64,000 nt of DNA, from NCBI GenBank assembly GCA_964452525.1, contig CAYVLZ010000003.1:54736-118735 (forward strand), written 5' to 3'. This DNA is from Candidatus Woesearchaeota archaeon. Its GTDB lineage: Archaea > Nanobdellota > Nanobdellia > SCGC-AAA011-G17 > CAYFGV01. Below, in pieces: positions 28,643 through 39,574 of this stretch (positions are counted from its first letter, which is position 1; each line of letters opens with the position of its first letter). The notes beneath the pieces are model-generated. The model had not been told where the DNA came from. It saw only the letters and a list, made by a program, of their open reading frames with translations, and searched no databases. A program made the translations under genes and the position numbers.

Positions 28643-31498
28643 ATGTATGACACAATAGAGATAGAAAACAATATATTAGAATTTTGGAACAAAAATAAGA
28701 TTTTCGATAAACTAAGAAAAAAGAATAAAGGAAAGAAGATATTTTCTTTTATAGATGGCCCCATTACAGCAAACAATCCCATGGGAGTACATCATGCATG
28801 GGGACGTACTTACAAAGACATTTATCAAAGATTTAAAGCAATGCAGGGCTATGATCAAAGATTCCAAAATGGATTTGATTGTCAAGGACTCCATGTAGAG
28901 GTTGAAACAGAGAAAGAACTAGGTTTCAATAGTAAAAAAGATATAGAAAAATTCGGATTAGATAAATTCTCTGAAGCTAGTAAAAAAAGAGTTTTGAAAT
29001 ACGCCGATATACAAACGAAACAATCCATTAGACTTGGTCAATGGATGGATTGGAAAAATTCTTATTACACAATGAGCGATGAGAACATAGAACACATCTG
29101 GAATTTTCTTCATAAATGTCATAAAAACAAATGGCTTTACCAAGGAACTAAAGTACTCCCTTGGTGCCATAGATGTGGCACTTCGCTAGCCCATCATGAA
29201 CTAGTAGATGCCTACAAAGAAATCTCACATTTGTCCGCCTATCTAAAGTTCAGAATAAAAGGAAAAAATAATGAATACCTATTGGTTTGGAGTACAACAC
29301 CCTGGACTTTCTCTTCAAATGTAGCTGCAGCAGTAAATCCCGACCTTAATTATGTTCAGATTAAAAAAGCAGGTAACATTTATTATATAGCAGAGAAAGC
29401 AGCGAGCACAATTGGTGGAGATTACATTGTCCTAGATCACATAAAAGGAAAAAAATTAATTGGTTTGCAATATGAATCTTTATACCCAGATTTTGAAGCA
29501 CAAAAAGGAATAAAACACAGAGTCATTCCTTGGAAAGATGTTGGAGAAGAAGAAGGAACGGGAATAGTGCATATCGCTCCTGGTTGCGGAGCAGAAGATC
29601 TAGAAATAGGAAAAAAAGAAAAATTACAAGAGATATGTCCAATAGATGAAAACGGATATTTTCTAGAAGGTTTCGGTTTCTTGACAGGAAAACACGTTTC
29701 AGAGATCACAGATCAAATAATAGAAGATCTTGGTAAAAGAGACATTCTATTCAAGACAAAACCCTATAAACACCGTTATCCCACTTGTTGGCGATGTAGC
29801 ACAGAGCTTGTATTTAGACTAGTAGATGAATATTTTATTTCTGTTAACAAAGTAAGACCTTCTCTTAAAAAAGAAGCTAAGAAGGTTGAATGGTATCCTG
29901 AGCATGTTGGAAAACTGATGCAGGACTGGCTTAATAACATGAGCGATTGGGGTATATCCAGAAAGAGATACTGGGGGTTACCTTTGCCGATCTGGAAATG
30001 TGAAAACGGGCACGAGATAATAATATCCTCTAAGAAAGAACTTGTTAAAAAAGCTAAATCAGGAATCAAACAATTAAAAGAGCTTCATAGACCTTGGATA
30101 GACGATGTAATATTAAAATGTCCAGATTGTAAGGGGGATATGCATAGAATCCCTGATGTCGGAGATTGTTGGTTAGATGCAGGAATAGTTCCCTACTCCA
30201 CACTACATTATCTTTCAGACAAAAGATATTGGAGAAAGTGGTTCCCCGCAGAATTAATTATAGAAATGAGGGAACAGGTAAGATTATGGTTCTACTCCCT
30301 CCTATTCATGTCGGTTACTTTGGAGGGAAAAACGCCCTATAAGAAGGTACTAAGTTACGAGAAGGTTAATGATGAACTGGGAAGACCAATGCATAAAAGT
30401 TGGGGAAACGCAATTTGGTTTGACGACGCTGTTGAAAAAATGGGAGCAGATGTTATGCGTTGGATATACACAAAACAAAATCCTATGTTTAATTTGAATT
30501 TTGGATATAAGCTAGCAGAGGAAAATAAAAAGATATTGACGATGTTATTTAACATATCTAGATATATTGATCAAGCTATATCTTTAAACAAATACAAAAA
30601 AAGCAAACCTAAGAAACTACAAGTAGAAGACAGATGGATACTCTCAAATCTCAATACTTTATTATCCGAAGTTACAAAGAATCTAGAATCATTAAAACCA
30701 CACGTTGCTGCTAACCTAATAGAGGATTTCTTCACAGAGAGATTATCTAGAAGATATATACAATATATTAGAGACAGAGTTCAAGGCACATCTGGTGAAA
30801 ATAAAGACGCTGCCTTATACACATTATACGATTGCCACCTTACATTACTTAAGATTATAGCACCTTTTGTTCCATTTTTAGCAGAAGATATCTATCAGAA
30901 ATATTTTAGAAAATACGAGAAGAAAGAAAGTATACACCTGTTTGATTGGCCAAGACAAAATAAAAATCTAATAGAGAAGAAATTAGAAGATCAATTTGAA
31001 ATAGCAAAAGAAGTAATACAGACCATTTTCTCAATGAGAGAAGAAGCTAAAATCGGTGTAAGATGGCCACTAGGTTCTGCTACAATCATAACTAAAGAGA
31101 AAAAAGTTATTTTAGCGGTTAAAAAATTAAAGAAGTTAATAAAAGACCAAACAAATGTCAAAGAGATTTATTTCCAAGAATCAGGAAAGGGGTTAGAATT
31201 TAGATTTGGAAAGTTAAAAGTAAACACACAACTAACTCCCGAACTAGAATTGGAAGGATTTCATAGAGAGTTAAAAAGAAGAATCCAGAACAAGAGAAAA
31301 AAAGCAGGCTTACATAAAAAAGACAGAATAGAATTAGAAATAATTTCCGACTTAGACCTAGAGAGGTATAAAGATGATCTAAAGGAAGCTGTTGGAGCAA
31401 AAACTTTAGAATTTATTGAAAAAAAGAAGAAGTATAAGTTCTCTTCAAAAGAAAAAATAAAGAACAAGGAATTTAAGATAAGTTTTAATGTAATATAA
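28643..31498 (+). CDS. ileS: isoleucyl-tRNA synthetase (class I, with CP1 editing domain)
   Basis: TTPWTFSSNVAAAV, WGISRKRYWGLPLP, DVGDCWLDAG, GADVMRW. HIGH and KMSKS regions are present but read HHAW and PMHKS. Start taken at MYDTIEIE rather than the upstream ATG at 28568, which would overlap the structured element. Confidence 0.75.
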   Translation: MYDTIEIENNILEFWNKNKIFDKLRKKNKGKKIFSFIDGPITANNPMGVHHAWGRTYKDIYQRFKAMQGYDQRFQNGFDCQGLHVEVETEKELGFNSKKDIEKFGLDKFSEASKKRVLKYADIQTKQSIRLGQWMDWKNSYYTMSDENIEHIWNFLHKCHKNKWLYQGTKVLPWCHRCGTSLAHHELVDAYKEISHLSAYLKFRIKGKNNEYLLVWSTTPWTFSSNVAAAVNPDLNYVQIKKAGNIYYIAEKAASTIGGDYIVLDHIKGKKLIGLQYESLYPDFEAQKGIKHRVIPWKDVGEEEGTGIVHIAPGCGAEDLEIGKKEKLQEICPIDENGYFLEGFGFLTGKHVSEITDQIIEDLGKRDILFKTKPYKHRYPTCWRCSTELVFRLVDEYFISVNKVRPSLKKEAKKVEWYPEHVGKLMQDWLNNMSDWGISRKRYWGLPLPIWKCENGHEIIISSKKELVKKAKSGIKQLKELHRPWIDDVILKCPDCKGDMHRIPDVGDCWLDAGIVPYSTLHYLSDKRYWRKWFPAELIIEMREQVRLWFYSLLFMSVTLEGKTPYKKVLSYEKVNDELGRPMHKSWGNAIWFDDAVEKMGADVMRWIYTKQNPMFNLNFGYKLAEENKKILTMLFNISRYIDQAISLNKYKKSKPKKLQVEDRWILSNLNTLLSEVTKNLESLKPHVAANLIEDFFTERLSRRYIQYIRDRVQGTSGENKDAALYTLYDCHLTLLKIIAPFVPFLAEDIYQKYFRKYEKKESIHLFDWPRQNKNLIEKKLEDQFEIAKEVIQTIFSMREEAKIGVRWPLGSATIITKEKKVILAVKKLKKLIKDQTNVKEIYFQESGKGLEFRFGKLKVNTQLTPELELEGFHRELKRRIQNKRKKAGLHKKDRIELEIISDLDLERYKDDLKEAVGAKTLEFIEKKKKYKFSSKEKIKNKEFKISFNVI

Positions 31499-31582
31499 CT
31501 ACTGATTAAAGATAAAGTTAATCCAAACCTTTTATATAGTTTTCGATACTCTTATAAAAAGTATTTATAAGGGGGTTTAAAA

Positions 31583-32128
31583 TTGGTAAAGAAAGAAATT
31601 AAAATAGTTAATATTGTTGCTTCTGCTTCTTTAGAACATGACATTCCTCTAATCAAACTTGCAGAAGCATTGCCAAATACAGAATATAATCCTGAGCAAT
31701 TTCCAGGATTAGTTCTAAGGATAAAGGAACCAAAGACTTCGGCATTAGTATTCAGTTCTGGTAAGGTAGTATGCACTGGTGCTAAGTCTATGAACAAGCT
31801 TAACGAATCAATTAAACAGATAGTTAAGCATATAGGCAAAATAGGAATAAAAATTAGAATTAAACCAAAAATAAAGGTCCAAAACATGGTAGCTTCTGGG
31901 AAGGTAGGCATGGATCTTAATTTAAATGAATTAGCAATTAAGTTAGAAAACACAGAATATGAGCCAGAACAATTCCCAGGACTTGTTTATAAGCTTCCTG
32001 GAACAAGAGCAACCTTTTTGCTTTTCAGTAATGGAAAAATAGTATGCACTGGTACGAGGTCTGAAAATAAATTAAAAGAAGCAGTTAATAAGCTAGTTAC
32101 GAATTTAAGGAAAATAAGTAAAAAATAA
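31583..32128 (+). CDS. tbp: TATA-box binding protein
   Basis: Two direct repeats with EQFPGLV...SGK(V/I)VCTG; TTG start with GGGGGT SD. Confidence 0.9.
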   Translation: MVKKEIKIVNIVASASLEHDIPLIKLAEALPNTEYNPEQFPGLVLRIKEPKTSALVFSSGKVVCTGAKSMNKLNESIKQIVKHIGKIGIKIRIKPKIKVQNMVASGKVGMDLNLNELAIKLENTEYEPEQFPGLVYKLPGTRATFLLFSNGKIVCTGTRSENKLKEAVNKLVTNLRKISKK

Positions 32129-32152
32129 ATACTTATTCCAATTCCCCCTACC

Positions 32153-34171
32153 ATGGCGGTGGATGCTCAGACCCAAATAGAGAAATTTAAGGATTTTATA
32201 GAAGATTCATACAAACAAGAATTGCATAAGATCATTAAAGAAGGAAAGCCCGCTTTAAACATAGATTTCTCAGAATTATTAGCTTTCGATATAGACTTAG
32301 CAGAACAACTCCTTAACGAGCCCGAAGAAACACTGAAGGCAGCAGAAATTGCTCTTGATCAGTTAGACACCCCAAGATCTTTAAAAGTACGCTTTTTTAA
32401 TCTACCAGAAGGGCAAAAAATACTAATCAGGAACTTAAGAAGCAACAATCTTAATAGCCTTGTAATTATTGAGGGGATAGTGAGACAAGCAAGCGAAGTA
32501 AGGCCCCAAGTTACCTCTGCTAAATTTGAGTGTCCAAGTTGCGGGAACACCATTTCCATATTACAATTGGATACAAAGTTTAAAGAACCTACAAGATGTA
32601 GCTGTGGTAGAAAAGGGAAATTTAGACTTCTAAGTAAAGAATTGGTAGATGCCCAACGTTTAACTATAGAAGAAGTCCCAGAATCCTTGGAAGGTGGTGA
32701 ACAACCAAAAAGACTATCTGTTTTCTTAAAAGAAGATCTTGTAGAACCGAAGATGGAAAAAAGAACTACTCCCGGAAGTAAGATAAGAGTAACTGGAATC
32801 GTAAAAGAAGTTCCCATCTTACTTAGAACAGGAGCACAATCTATAAGATATGATTTGATGGCCGAAGCCAATCATTTAGCTCCAATAGAAGAAACATTCG
32901 AAGAGATAGAGATAGATAAAAAAACAGAAGAAGAAATAAAAAAATTAGCAAAAAGTAAAAACATATATAAAAAACTGATAAAATCCATTACACCGTCTAT
33001 ATTCGGACACGAAGATGTAAAAGAAGCACTGATTCTTCAATTAATGAGCGGGGTTAAGAAAATAAAAAAAGACGGAACTGTTACCCGTGGGGATATGCAT
33101 GTCCTTTTAGTCGGAGATCCTGGTAGCGGAAAGTCAGTTATGCTTTCATTTATATCAAAAATCGCTCCAAAAGGAAGAATGGTAAGTGGTAAGGGTGTTT
33201 CTGCAGCAGGAATTACAGCAACAGTTGTTAGAGATGAATTCTTAAGAGGCTGGGCATTAGAAGCCGGTGCTATGGTACTTGCCAACGGAGGAATAGTCAT
33301 CGTAGATGAGCTTGATAAAATGACCGCAGAAGACAGAGATGCATTGCACGAAGCAATGGAACAACAAAGAATAACCATAGCAAAAGCAAATGTTCAAGCT
33401 ACCTTAAAAGCCGAAACCACAGTATTAGCTGCAGCTAATCCAAAATTTGGAAGGTTTGATCCTTACCAACCGATAGCATCTCAAATAGATCTTCCTCCAA
33501 CACTGGTTAATAGATTTGATTTAATCTTCCCAATTAGGGATCTTCCCAATAGAGAAAAAGATTCAAAAATTGCTGGTCATGTTTTAAGTCTCCAACAAAA
33601 ACCAGAAGAACTAAAAACAGAACTTACTAATGAAATGTTAAAAAAATATATCGCTTATGCTAAACAAAAAATATTTCCCAAACTAACTAATGAAGCTGTA
33701 GATGAAATAAAGAAGTTTTATGTAGAATTAAGAAATTCTGGAACGTCTACTGAGGAAGAGATAAAACCAATACCAATCTCAGCAAGACAACTAGAGGCTT
33801 TGGTAAGATTAGCTGAAGGTTCAGCTAGGGTGAGGTTATCTAATAAAGTCAAAAGAGAAGACGCAAAAAGAGCTATAGGTATTTTGAAGAAATGTCTAAT
33901 GCAAGTCGGTTTCGATTATGAGACGGGTAAGATAGATATAGATAGAATCTCTACAGGAATCAGTGCAGCACAAAGGAGCAAAATAGTAGTGATTAGAGAG
34001 ATAATTAATGCTTTAGAATCAAAAGGCCTCAAACAAATCCCGATAGAAGAAATAATATCTCTTGCCTCAGAAAAGGGAATAGAAGGTAGCAAAGTTGAAG
34101 AAGTTATAGAAAAACTTAAGAGGAGTGGGGATTTGTTTGAACCCAAGGCAGGGTATTTAAGTAAGATTTAA
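32153..34171 (+). CDS. mcm: MCM replicative helicase
   Basis: Zinc finger CPSCGN...CSCG, Walker A GDPGSGKS, Walker B VDELDKM, arginine finger SRFDL-like NRFDLIF, C-terminal wH. Confidence 0.9.
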   Translation: MAVDAQTQIEKFKDFIEDSYKQELHKIIKEGKPALNIDFSELLAFDIDLAEQLLNEPEETLKAAEIALDQLDTPRSLKVRFFNLPEGQKILIRNLRSNNLNSLVIIEGIVRQASEVRPQVTSAKFECPSCGNTISILQLDTKFKEPTRCSCGRKGKFRLLSKELVDAQRLTIEEVPESLEGGEQPKRLSVFLKEDLVEPKMEKRTTPGSKIRVTGIVKEVPILLRTGAQSIRYDLMAEANHLAPIEETFEEIEIDKKTEEEIKKLAKSKNIYKKLIKSITPSIFGHEDVKEALILQLMSGVKKIKKDGTVTRGDMHVLLVGDPGSGKSVMLSFISKIAPKGRMVSGKGVSAAGITATVVRDEFLRGWALEAGAMVLANGGIVIVDELDKMTAEDRDALHEAMEQQRITIAKANVQATLKAETTVLAAANPKFGRFDPYQPIASQIDLPPTLVNRFDLIFPIRDLPNREKDSKIAGHVLSLQQKPEELKTELTNEMLKKYIAYAKQKIFPKLTNEAVDEIKKFYVELRNSGTSTEEEIKPIPISARQLEALVRLAEGSARVRLSNKVKREDAKRAIGILKKCLMQVGFDYETGKIDIDRISTGISAAQRSKIVVIREIINALESKGLKQIPIEEIISLASEKGIEGSKVEEVIEKLKRSGDLFEPKAGYLSKI

Positions 34172-34178
34172 TTCTAAA

Positions 34179-34844
34179 ATGAGGAACATAAGGAGGAACA
34201 CAGCAAGCAAGGTATGGATTTCGAATATAGTGAATAACAATTACGTCAAAGGAGATTCTGAATGGGATCCAAGTTACATTAGGATTAAAGGAAAGAACAT
34301 ATCAAGAATAAGTGTAATAGCAACCGTGACATCTAAATATGAAAACGAGGATAAAACTTTTAGTTCTCTTACAATAGACGACGGATCTTCCCAGATAAGA
34401 ACAAAAACTTGGAGAGAAGATTCTAAGATCCTAAAAGATGTAAACGTAGGAGATATTGTGCACATTATAGGAAAGATTAGGAGTTATAATGAAGAAAACT
34501 ATATCAATCCAGAGGTGATAAGGAGATTAAAAAATCCTAATTGGGAATTATTAAGAAAGTTAGAATTAATTAAAGAATTTGGAGTACCTAAAAAAACAGA
34601 AATTAAAAAAGAAGAAGAAAAACAAGTACTTGTAGAAGAGGTAAAAGATTCTATTTCTGAAGGAGACAGACAAAAAATAATCTCCAACATAGAAAAACTA
34701 GACTCCGTTGAAGGTGTTAAAAAAGCAAGATTGATAACCGAAACAACTTTAGATAGGGAAAAAGCAGAGAGCATACTTCAAGAACTCCTTAGAGAAGGAG
34801 AGATATATGAGGTAGAACCAGAAAGATTTAGAATTACAGAATAG
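34179..34844 (+). CDS. OB-fold plus C-terminal winged-helix protein (RPA32/Stn1-like architecture)
   Basis: Central beta-rich OB-like region (RISVIATVTSKY...DGSSQIRTKTW...VHIIGKIRSY), C-terminal helical wH-like tail; directly downstream of mcm. Confidence 0.35.
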   Translation: MRNIRRNTASKVWISNIVNNNYVKGDSEWDPSYIRIKGKNISRISVIATVTSKYENEDKTFSSLTIDDGSSQIRTKTWREDSKILKDVNVGDIVHIIGKIRSYNEENYINPEVIRRLKNPNWELLRKLELIKEFGVPKKTEIKKEEEKQVLVEEVKDSISEGDRQKIISNIEKLDSVEGVKKARLITETTLDREKAESILQELLREGEIYEVEPERFRITE

Positions 34845-34879
34845 ATAATATTTATAAACATCTTCTTTTTTCAAACAGT

Positions 34880-35290
34880 ATGGAAGATTATGAAAAACTA
34901 CTGGATAAAGCATACTCCAAGATTCCGAAATCTACTCTTGCTAAAGAACGTTTCGAAATTCCAAAGGTTAAAGGACATATAGAAGGAAACAAAACAATAA
35001 TTACGAATTTTAATCAGATATGTTCGATTCTTAGGAGAGATCCGAATCATCTACTGAAATATCTACAAAGGGAACTCGCTACACCCGGAAATATCATAGG
35101 ACATAGACTTATTCTAGGGAGAAAAATACTTTCTTCATTAATAAACTCAAAAATACAGAAGTACGTTGAAGATTTTGTTTTATGTAGCGAATGTAGAAAA
35201 CCAGACACCAAATTAGAAAGAGAAAACAAAATCCTGATGAAAAAATGTATGGCTTGTGGAGCAAGACATCCGATAAAGGCTAAAATATAA
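34880..35290 (+). CDS. translation initiation factor aIF2 beta subunit
   Basis: ELATPGNIIGHRLILGR...VLCSECRKPDT...CMACGA zinc ribbon typical of eIF2-beta/eIF5. Confidence 0.85.
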   Translation: MEDYEKLLDKAYSKIPKSTLAKERFEIPKVKGHIEGNKTIITNFNQICSILRRDPNHLLKYLQRELATPGNIIGHRLILGRKILSSLINSKIQKYVEDFVLCSECRKPDTKLERENKILMKKCMACGARHPIKAKI

Positions 35291-35291
35291 A

Positions 35292-35582
35292 ATGTATGTC
35301 AAATTACATACTTTAAAAGATAAAAAAGTAGTTGCTATTTGTGACGAAGATTTGATAGGAAAGAAATTTGAAGAAAAAGAATCAAGACTAGAAATATCAG
35401 AACGTTTCTATAAAGGAGATAAAAAAAGTAAAGAAGAAGTGGAAGAAATTCTAAAAGTTGCAGAAAATATAAATATTGTTGGCGAGAAATCAATAAAAGT
35501 AGCCTTAAGAATTAAAGCTATTGAAAAAGAGGACATAAAAAATATCAAAAAGATACCTTATGCTAACATAATTACCCTTTGA
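35292..35582 (+). CDS. conserved archaeal protein, DUF424-like
   Basis: MYVKLH...VVAICDEDLIGKKFEE...RFYKG...IVGEKSIKVALR pattern recalls the DUF424/COG2412 family. Confidence 0.35.
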   Translation: MYVKLHTLKDKKVVAICDEDLIGKKFEEKESRLEISERFYKGDKKSKEEVEEILKVAENINIVGEKSIKVALRIKAIEKEDIKNIKKIPYANIITL

Positions 35583-35896
35583 ATATGAATATTTATACTA
35601 ATGATGGTTACTATGAAGCAATATTTCAATTAAGACCAGAAGATCAAGAAGTAATAAAATTCATTAAAAAACAACTTGAGAAAAAAAATATTAAGATTTC
35701 CAAAGAGGTCAAATCCAAACACGGGATAGACTATTACCTAACATCTAGGAAGTTTGCTGTTTCTCTTGCAAGAAAATTAAAGAAGTCTTTCAAGGGAGAC
35801 ATAAAGGTATCAAAATCCCTCTACAGTGTGGATAGGATGACTAGTAAAAGACTTTATAGACTGACCGTTTGTTTCAGATTAAGAAAAGAAGAATAG
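35579..35896 (+). CDS. hypothetical basic protein
   Basis: 105-aa ORF in a tight operon with translation factors. Confidence 0.3.
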   Translation: MNMNIYTNDGYYEAIFQLRPEDQEVIKFIKKQLEKKNIKISKEVKSKHGIDYYLTSRKFAVSLARKLKKSFKGDIKVSKSLYSVDRMTSKRLYRLTVCFRLRKEE

Positions 35897-35931
35897 CAAA
35901 GCTTTTTAAAAACAACCTTTTAATCATTTCT

Positions 35932-36237
35932 ATGGAAGAAGAGCCAATAAGAATTAAAACACCAAGAGGAAACCAATCTCTCGGCTTAGTAGAGCAAAGA
36001 TTAGGAGCAAGTAAAATGCGTGTTCGTTGCCTCGATGGAAAATCAAGAGTATGCAGAATTCCGGGAAGATTGACTAGAAGACTCTGGGTCAGGGAAGGGG
36101 ATATAGTTTTAGTGGAACCCTGGGAATTTGGAGGAGACGAGAAAGGAGATGTAATCTATAAATACAGACCAAATCAGATCCAGTGGCTTAAAAGAAAAGG
36201 TTACCTTAAGAAGTTAGATGAAACCGATGAGTTCTGA
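35932..36237 (+). CDS. translation initiation factor aIF1A
   Basis: S1-like OB: [49 protein letters not shown]; start at internal ATG (MEEEPIRIK) of the longer ORF. Confidence 0.8.
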   Translation: MEEEPIRIKTPRGNQSLGLVEQRLGASKMRVRCLDGKSRVCRIPGRLTRRLWVREGDIVLVEPWEFGGDEKGDVIYKYRPNQIQWLKRKGYLKKLDETDEF

Positions 36238-36772
36238 CATGTTTCAAGAGGAATTAAAGATACCCAAAGATAGAATAGCCGTACTTATAGGTAAAAAAGG
36301 ATCCACTAAAAGAAAATTACAAAAATATTCCAATACAAAAATAAAGATAAACTCCGAAGAAGGAGAAGTAGTGATAAGTGGAGAAGAAAACCTTAAAGTT
36401 TTCCTAACAAAAAATATTATCAAGGCCATAGCTAGGGGTTTTAATCCAGATACAGCAATAAATCTATTAAGAGACAATATGTATTTAGAGATAATAAACA
36501 TACCTGACTTCTCAAAGAAATCCAAAAAAGGACTTCACAGAAGGAAATCTAGAGTAATAGGCACAGAAGGAAAAGCAAGAAGAAACATAGAACGCCTTAC
36601 AAATACGAAGATATCAGTCTATGGAAAGACTATATGTATAATTGGGACCTATGAAGATATTTCTAATGCCCGAAAAGCCATAGAAATGTTATTACAAGGA
36701 TCTCCACACGGAAATGTTTATAAATGGTTAGAAAAACACAAGAAAAAAGAGATGGAAAATGAAGAAATCTAA
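36218..36772 (+). CDS. KH-domain RNA-binding protein (Dim2/Pno1-like, two KH domains)
   Basis: [11 protein letters not shown] and [12 protein letters not shown] GxxG loops in two KH modules. Confidence 0.65.
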   Translation: MKPMSSDMFQEELKIPKDRIAVLIGKKGSTKRKLQKYSNTKIKINSEEGEVVISGEENLKVFLTKNIIKAIARGFNPDTAINLLRDNMYLEIINIPDFSKKSKKGLHRRKSRVIGTEGKARRNIERLTNTKISVYGKTICIIGTYEDISNARKAIEMLLQGSPHGNVYKWLEKHKKKEMENEEI

Positions 36773-38345
36773 CCAATCCAATATTTTAGCTTACGAACTA
36801 GCAAAACAACAAAAAGAAATCAGTGTAGCTACATTTTTTGAAAGAAATAGACACCTCCTTGGTTTTGATAACCCGAGAAAAGCTTTATTAACAACCATAA
36901 AGGAAGCAGTCGATAATAGTTTAGATGCTACAGAAGAAGCTAGAGTTCTTCCCGAGATAACCGTAAAAGTAGACAATCTTAACGATAACAGATTCCTCGT
37001 GATTGTTGAAGATAATGGTCCAGGAATTATTAAAAAACAGATACCAAATATCTTTGCTAAACTTCTTTATGGGTCAAAGTTTCATAGATTAAAACAACAA
37101 AGGGGCGTACAAGGAATAGGGATCTCTGCAGCAGTTCTATATGGACAATTAACTACAGGAAAACCAGCAAGAATAACATCAAAGATAAGTCCTAGAAAGC
37201 CTGCTAATTATTATGAATTGCATATTGATACTCAAAAGAACGAACCAGAGATAGTTATAGAAAAGGAAGTAGAATGGAAAAAAGATCACGGGACAAAAAT
37301 AGAGATAGAATTAGAAGGAGACTATCAAAGAGGTAAAAGATCTATTGATGAATACATTAAACAAACAGCGATAGTCAATCCACACATTACTCTTACTTAT
37401 ATTAATCCAGACAAACAAAAGCTAGTATTTACTAGGGCAACAAAAGAATTGCCAAGATCTTCTAAAGAGATCAAACCTCATCCTTACGGAATAGAGCTCG
37501 GAATTTTAATAAGGATGTTAAGAACAACAGAGTCTCGAACTTTGCAAAGTTTTTTAACCTCGGACTTTTCAAGAGTAGGAAATAAAACTGCAAAAAAAAT
37601 CTGTGAAAAAGCTGGACTTTATTCGAACACAAAACCATCTAAACTAAACAGAGAAGAAGCAGAAAAATTACTAAAAGTAATCAGAGAAACCAGATTAATT
37701 TCTCCTCCAACTAATTGTTTAAGTCCAATAGGAGAAGATCTTTTAGAAAAAGGACTTAAGAAAGAAGTAGATGCAGAATTTTATGCATCTACAACAAGAC
37801 CCCCATCAGTTTATCGAGGAAATCCTTTCGTAATTGAATGTGCAATAGCTTATGGAGGATCTATAGAAAAAGAAAAACAAATAAAATTATTGAGATTTGC
37901 AAATAGGGTCCCCTTGCTATACCAAAAAAGTGCTTGTGCTATAACAAAATCGGTTTCAGCTACAAATTGGCGTCCTTATGGATTACAACAGTCGGAAGGA
38001 AGTCTTCCATCAGGACCAATTATATTGGTTGCTCATATTGCTTCTGTGTGGGTTCCTTTCACATCAGAGAGTAAAGAGGCCATAGCACACTACCCAGAGA
38101 CAATCAAGGAATTGAAGTTAGCTTTACAAGAAGTAGGAAGAAAACTAGGTTCCCATATTAGAAAAACTGTAAAAGCTAGGGGGAGAAGAGAAAAAATTAA
38201 CTTGTTTGAAAACTACATACCCGAGTTAGCAACATCTCTATCGAAGCTTACAAAATATAAAAAAGAACCTTTAATAAAAAAATTAAATTCAACTCTTAAG
38301 AAAGGAGTACCTGATTTAGAATTAAAAAATGGTGAAAAAGGATAA
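36759..38345 (+). CDS. top6B: DNA topoisomerase VI subunit B
   Basis: GHKL ATPase (Bergerat) fold motifs [23 protein letters not shown]; H2TH and transducer domains. Confidence 0.85.
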   Translation: MKKSNQSNILAYELAKQQKEISVATFFERNRHLLGFDNPRKALLTTIKEAVDNSLDATEEARVLPEITVKVDNLNDNRFLVIVEDNGPGIIKKQIPNIFAKLLYGSKFHRLKQQRGVQGIGISAAVLYGQLTTGKPARITSKISPRKPANYYELHIDTQKNEPEIVIEKEVEWKKDHGTKIEIELEGDYQRGKRSIDEYIKQTAIVNPHITLTYINPDKQKLVFTRATKELPRSSKEIKPHPYGIELGILIRMLRTTESRTLQSFLTSDFSRVGNKTAKKICEKAGLYSNTKPSKLNREEAEKLLKVIRETRLISPPTNCLSPIGEDLLEKGLKKEVDAEFYASTTRPPSVYRGNPFVIECAIAYGGSIEKEKQIKLLRFANRVPLLYQKSACAITKSVSATNWRPYGLQQSEGSLPSGPIILVAHIASVWVPFTSESKEAIAHYPETIKELKLALQEVGRKLGSHIRKTVKARGRREKINLFENYIPELATSLSKLTKYKKEPLIKKLNSTLKKGVPDLELKNGEKG

Positions 38346-39411
38346 GACTAAAAAACAACTAGAAAACTTAGGAGAGCAGATTGTTAGAAAGATAAATAAA
38401 AAACAAAATCCTTTTTTAGAGGTCCCGGTGAGATCCTTATCTAATGTTTCTTATGATAAGAAAACAAGAACAATAAAACTCGGATCAAGCAAATTAAAAA
38501 GATATTTCTTTAACGTATCTCACGCAAAAAAATTCTTACAGACATTAGAAGTAGCAGCAGTTAGCCATAATTTATTGAAAAACAAGAAACATGCCAGTCT
38601 TAGAGATGTATTTTATATGGCTAAAAGAACCATACCGAAGACAAAAGTAAATTTAGTAGATGATCAAAAAGAAACAGATTCTGTAATAGAAGATCTAGAG
38701 CTAGTTACAGATTCTCCCAGAGAACAATTGCATATAAATGCAAACAAAAACGGATCTGTTGCAGGAAAAGTAATAGTAAAAGATAAAGGAGATACCATCG
38801 ATTGGTCTAGACTTGGAAGTGGAGGATGGAGTATACCTTCTAACGTTGAAGAAATCAAATTCCAGAGAGTAACAGCAAAGTATATCCTGTACATGGAAAA
38901 AGCAGCAGTATGGGAAAGATTACACGAAGATAAGTTTTGGGACAAACAAAAATGCATAATTATGTCTTCTCAAGGACAGACAACAAGAGGAATCAGAAGA
39001 TTAGTTCAAAGATTACATCAAGAAAAAAAACTTCCCATCTACGTTTTAACAGATTTTGACCCTTGGGGGTTCTATATTTATTCTGTATTGAAATTCGGTT
39101 CAATTAGTCTAGCGCACCTTGCAGAAAAATTGGCTATTCCAGATATAAGATTCTTAGGAATAACAGCAGACGACATAGATAAATACAAATTGAGAAAGCA
39201 TTTCATTAAGCTAAATGATAAAGACATATCTAGACTTAAACAAATTTCAAAGTATGAATGGTTCCAAAGTAAACAATGGCAAAGACAGTTTAAGATGATG
39301 AAAGAATTTAAATGCAAAGCAGAAATTCAAGCACTCTCTTCTAGAGGAATTAGTTTTATTTCTGAAAAGTATCTCCCAGAAAAAATAAGGAAAAAAGATT
39401 TCTTGGACTGA
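38329..39411 (+). CDS. top6A: DNA topoisomerase VI subunit A (Spo11-like)
   Basis: Winged-helix domain with catalytic Tyr region (DVFYMAK) and Toprim DxD (VLTDFDPWG). Confidence 0.85.
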   Translation: MVKKDKTKKQLENLGEQIVRKINKKQNPFLEVPVRSLSNVSYDKKTRTIKLGSSKLKRYFFNVSHAKKFLQTLEVAAVSHNLLKNKKHASLRDVFYMAKRTIPKTKVNLVDDQKETDSVIEDLELVTDSPREQLHINANKNGSVAGKVIVKDKGDTIDWSRLGSGGWSIPSNVEEIKFQRVTAKYILYMEKAAVWERLHEDKFWDKQKCIIMSSQGQTTRGIRRLVQRLHQEKKLPIYVLTDFDPWGFYIYSVLKFGSISLAHLAEKLAIPDIRFLGITADDIDKYKLRKHFIKLNDKDISRLKQISKYEWFQSKQWQRQFKMMKEFKCKAEIQALSSRGISFISEKYLPEKIRKKDFLD

Positions 39412-39421
39412 AGCTACGTAG

Positions 39422-39435
39422 AAACCTTTTTAAAG
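39422..39435 (+). promoter_or_regulatory. BRE/TATA-like promoter element (AAACCTTTTTAAAG) 24 nt upstream of tRNA-Asn
   Basis: Shared motif and spacing with the other tRNA promoters. Confidence 0.45.
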
Positions 39436-39458
39436 AAAATATCTTGTTCAATCTATAA

Positions 39459-39530
39459 GTCCCGGTAGCTCAGTGGTGGAGCACTCGGCTGTTAACCGAG
39501 CGGTCGCAAGTTCGAATCTTGCCCGGGACG
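39459..39530 (+). tRNA. tRNA-Asn (GTT), intronless
   Basis: Cloverleaf readable: acceptor GTCCCGG/CCGGGAC, D GCTC-AGTGGTG-GAGC, anticodon arm CTCGG-CTGTTAA-CCGAG, T arm GCAAG-TTCGAAT-CTTGC. Confidence 0.9.
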
Positions 39531-39574
39531 TTCTTTTTAGAAACCTATTTAAACACAGGAACCATAACACATTT

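Noticed and set aside
32359-33378. Minus-strand ORFs of 170 and 113 aa within mcm
   Set aside because: Antisense to mcm
39473-39574. Upstream extension of the stomatin ORF
   Set aside because: It would be translated across the tRNA-Asn gene. The internal ATG after the tRNA is used instead.
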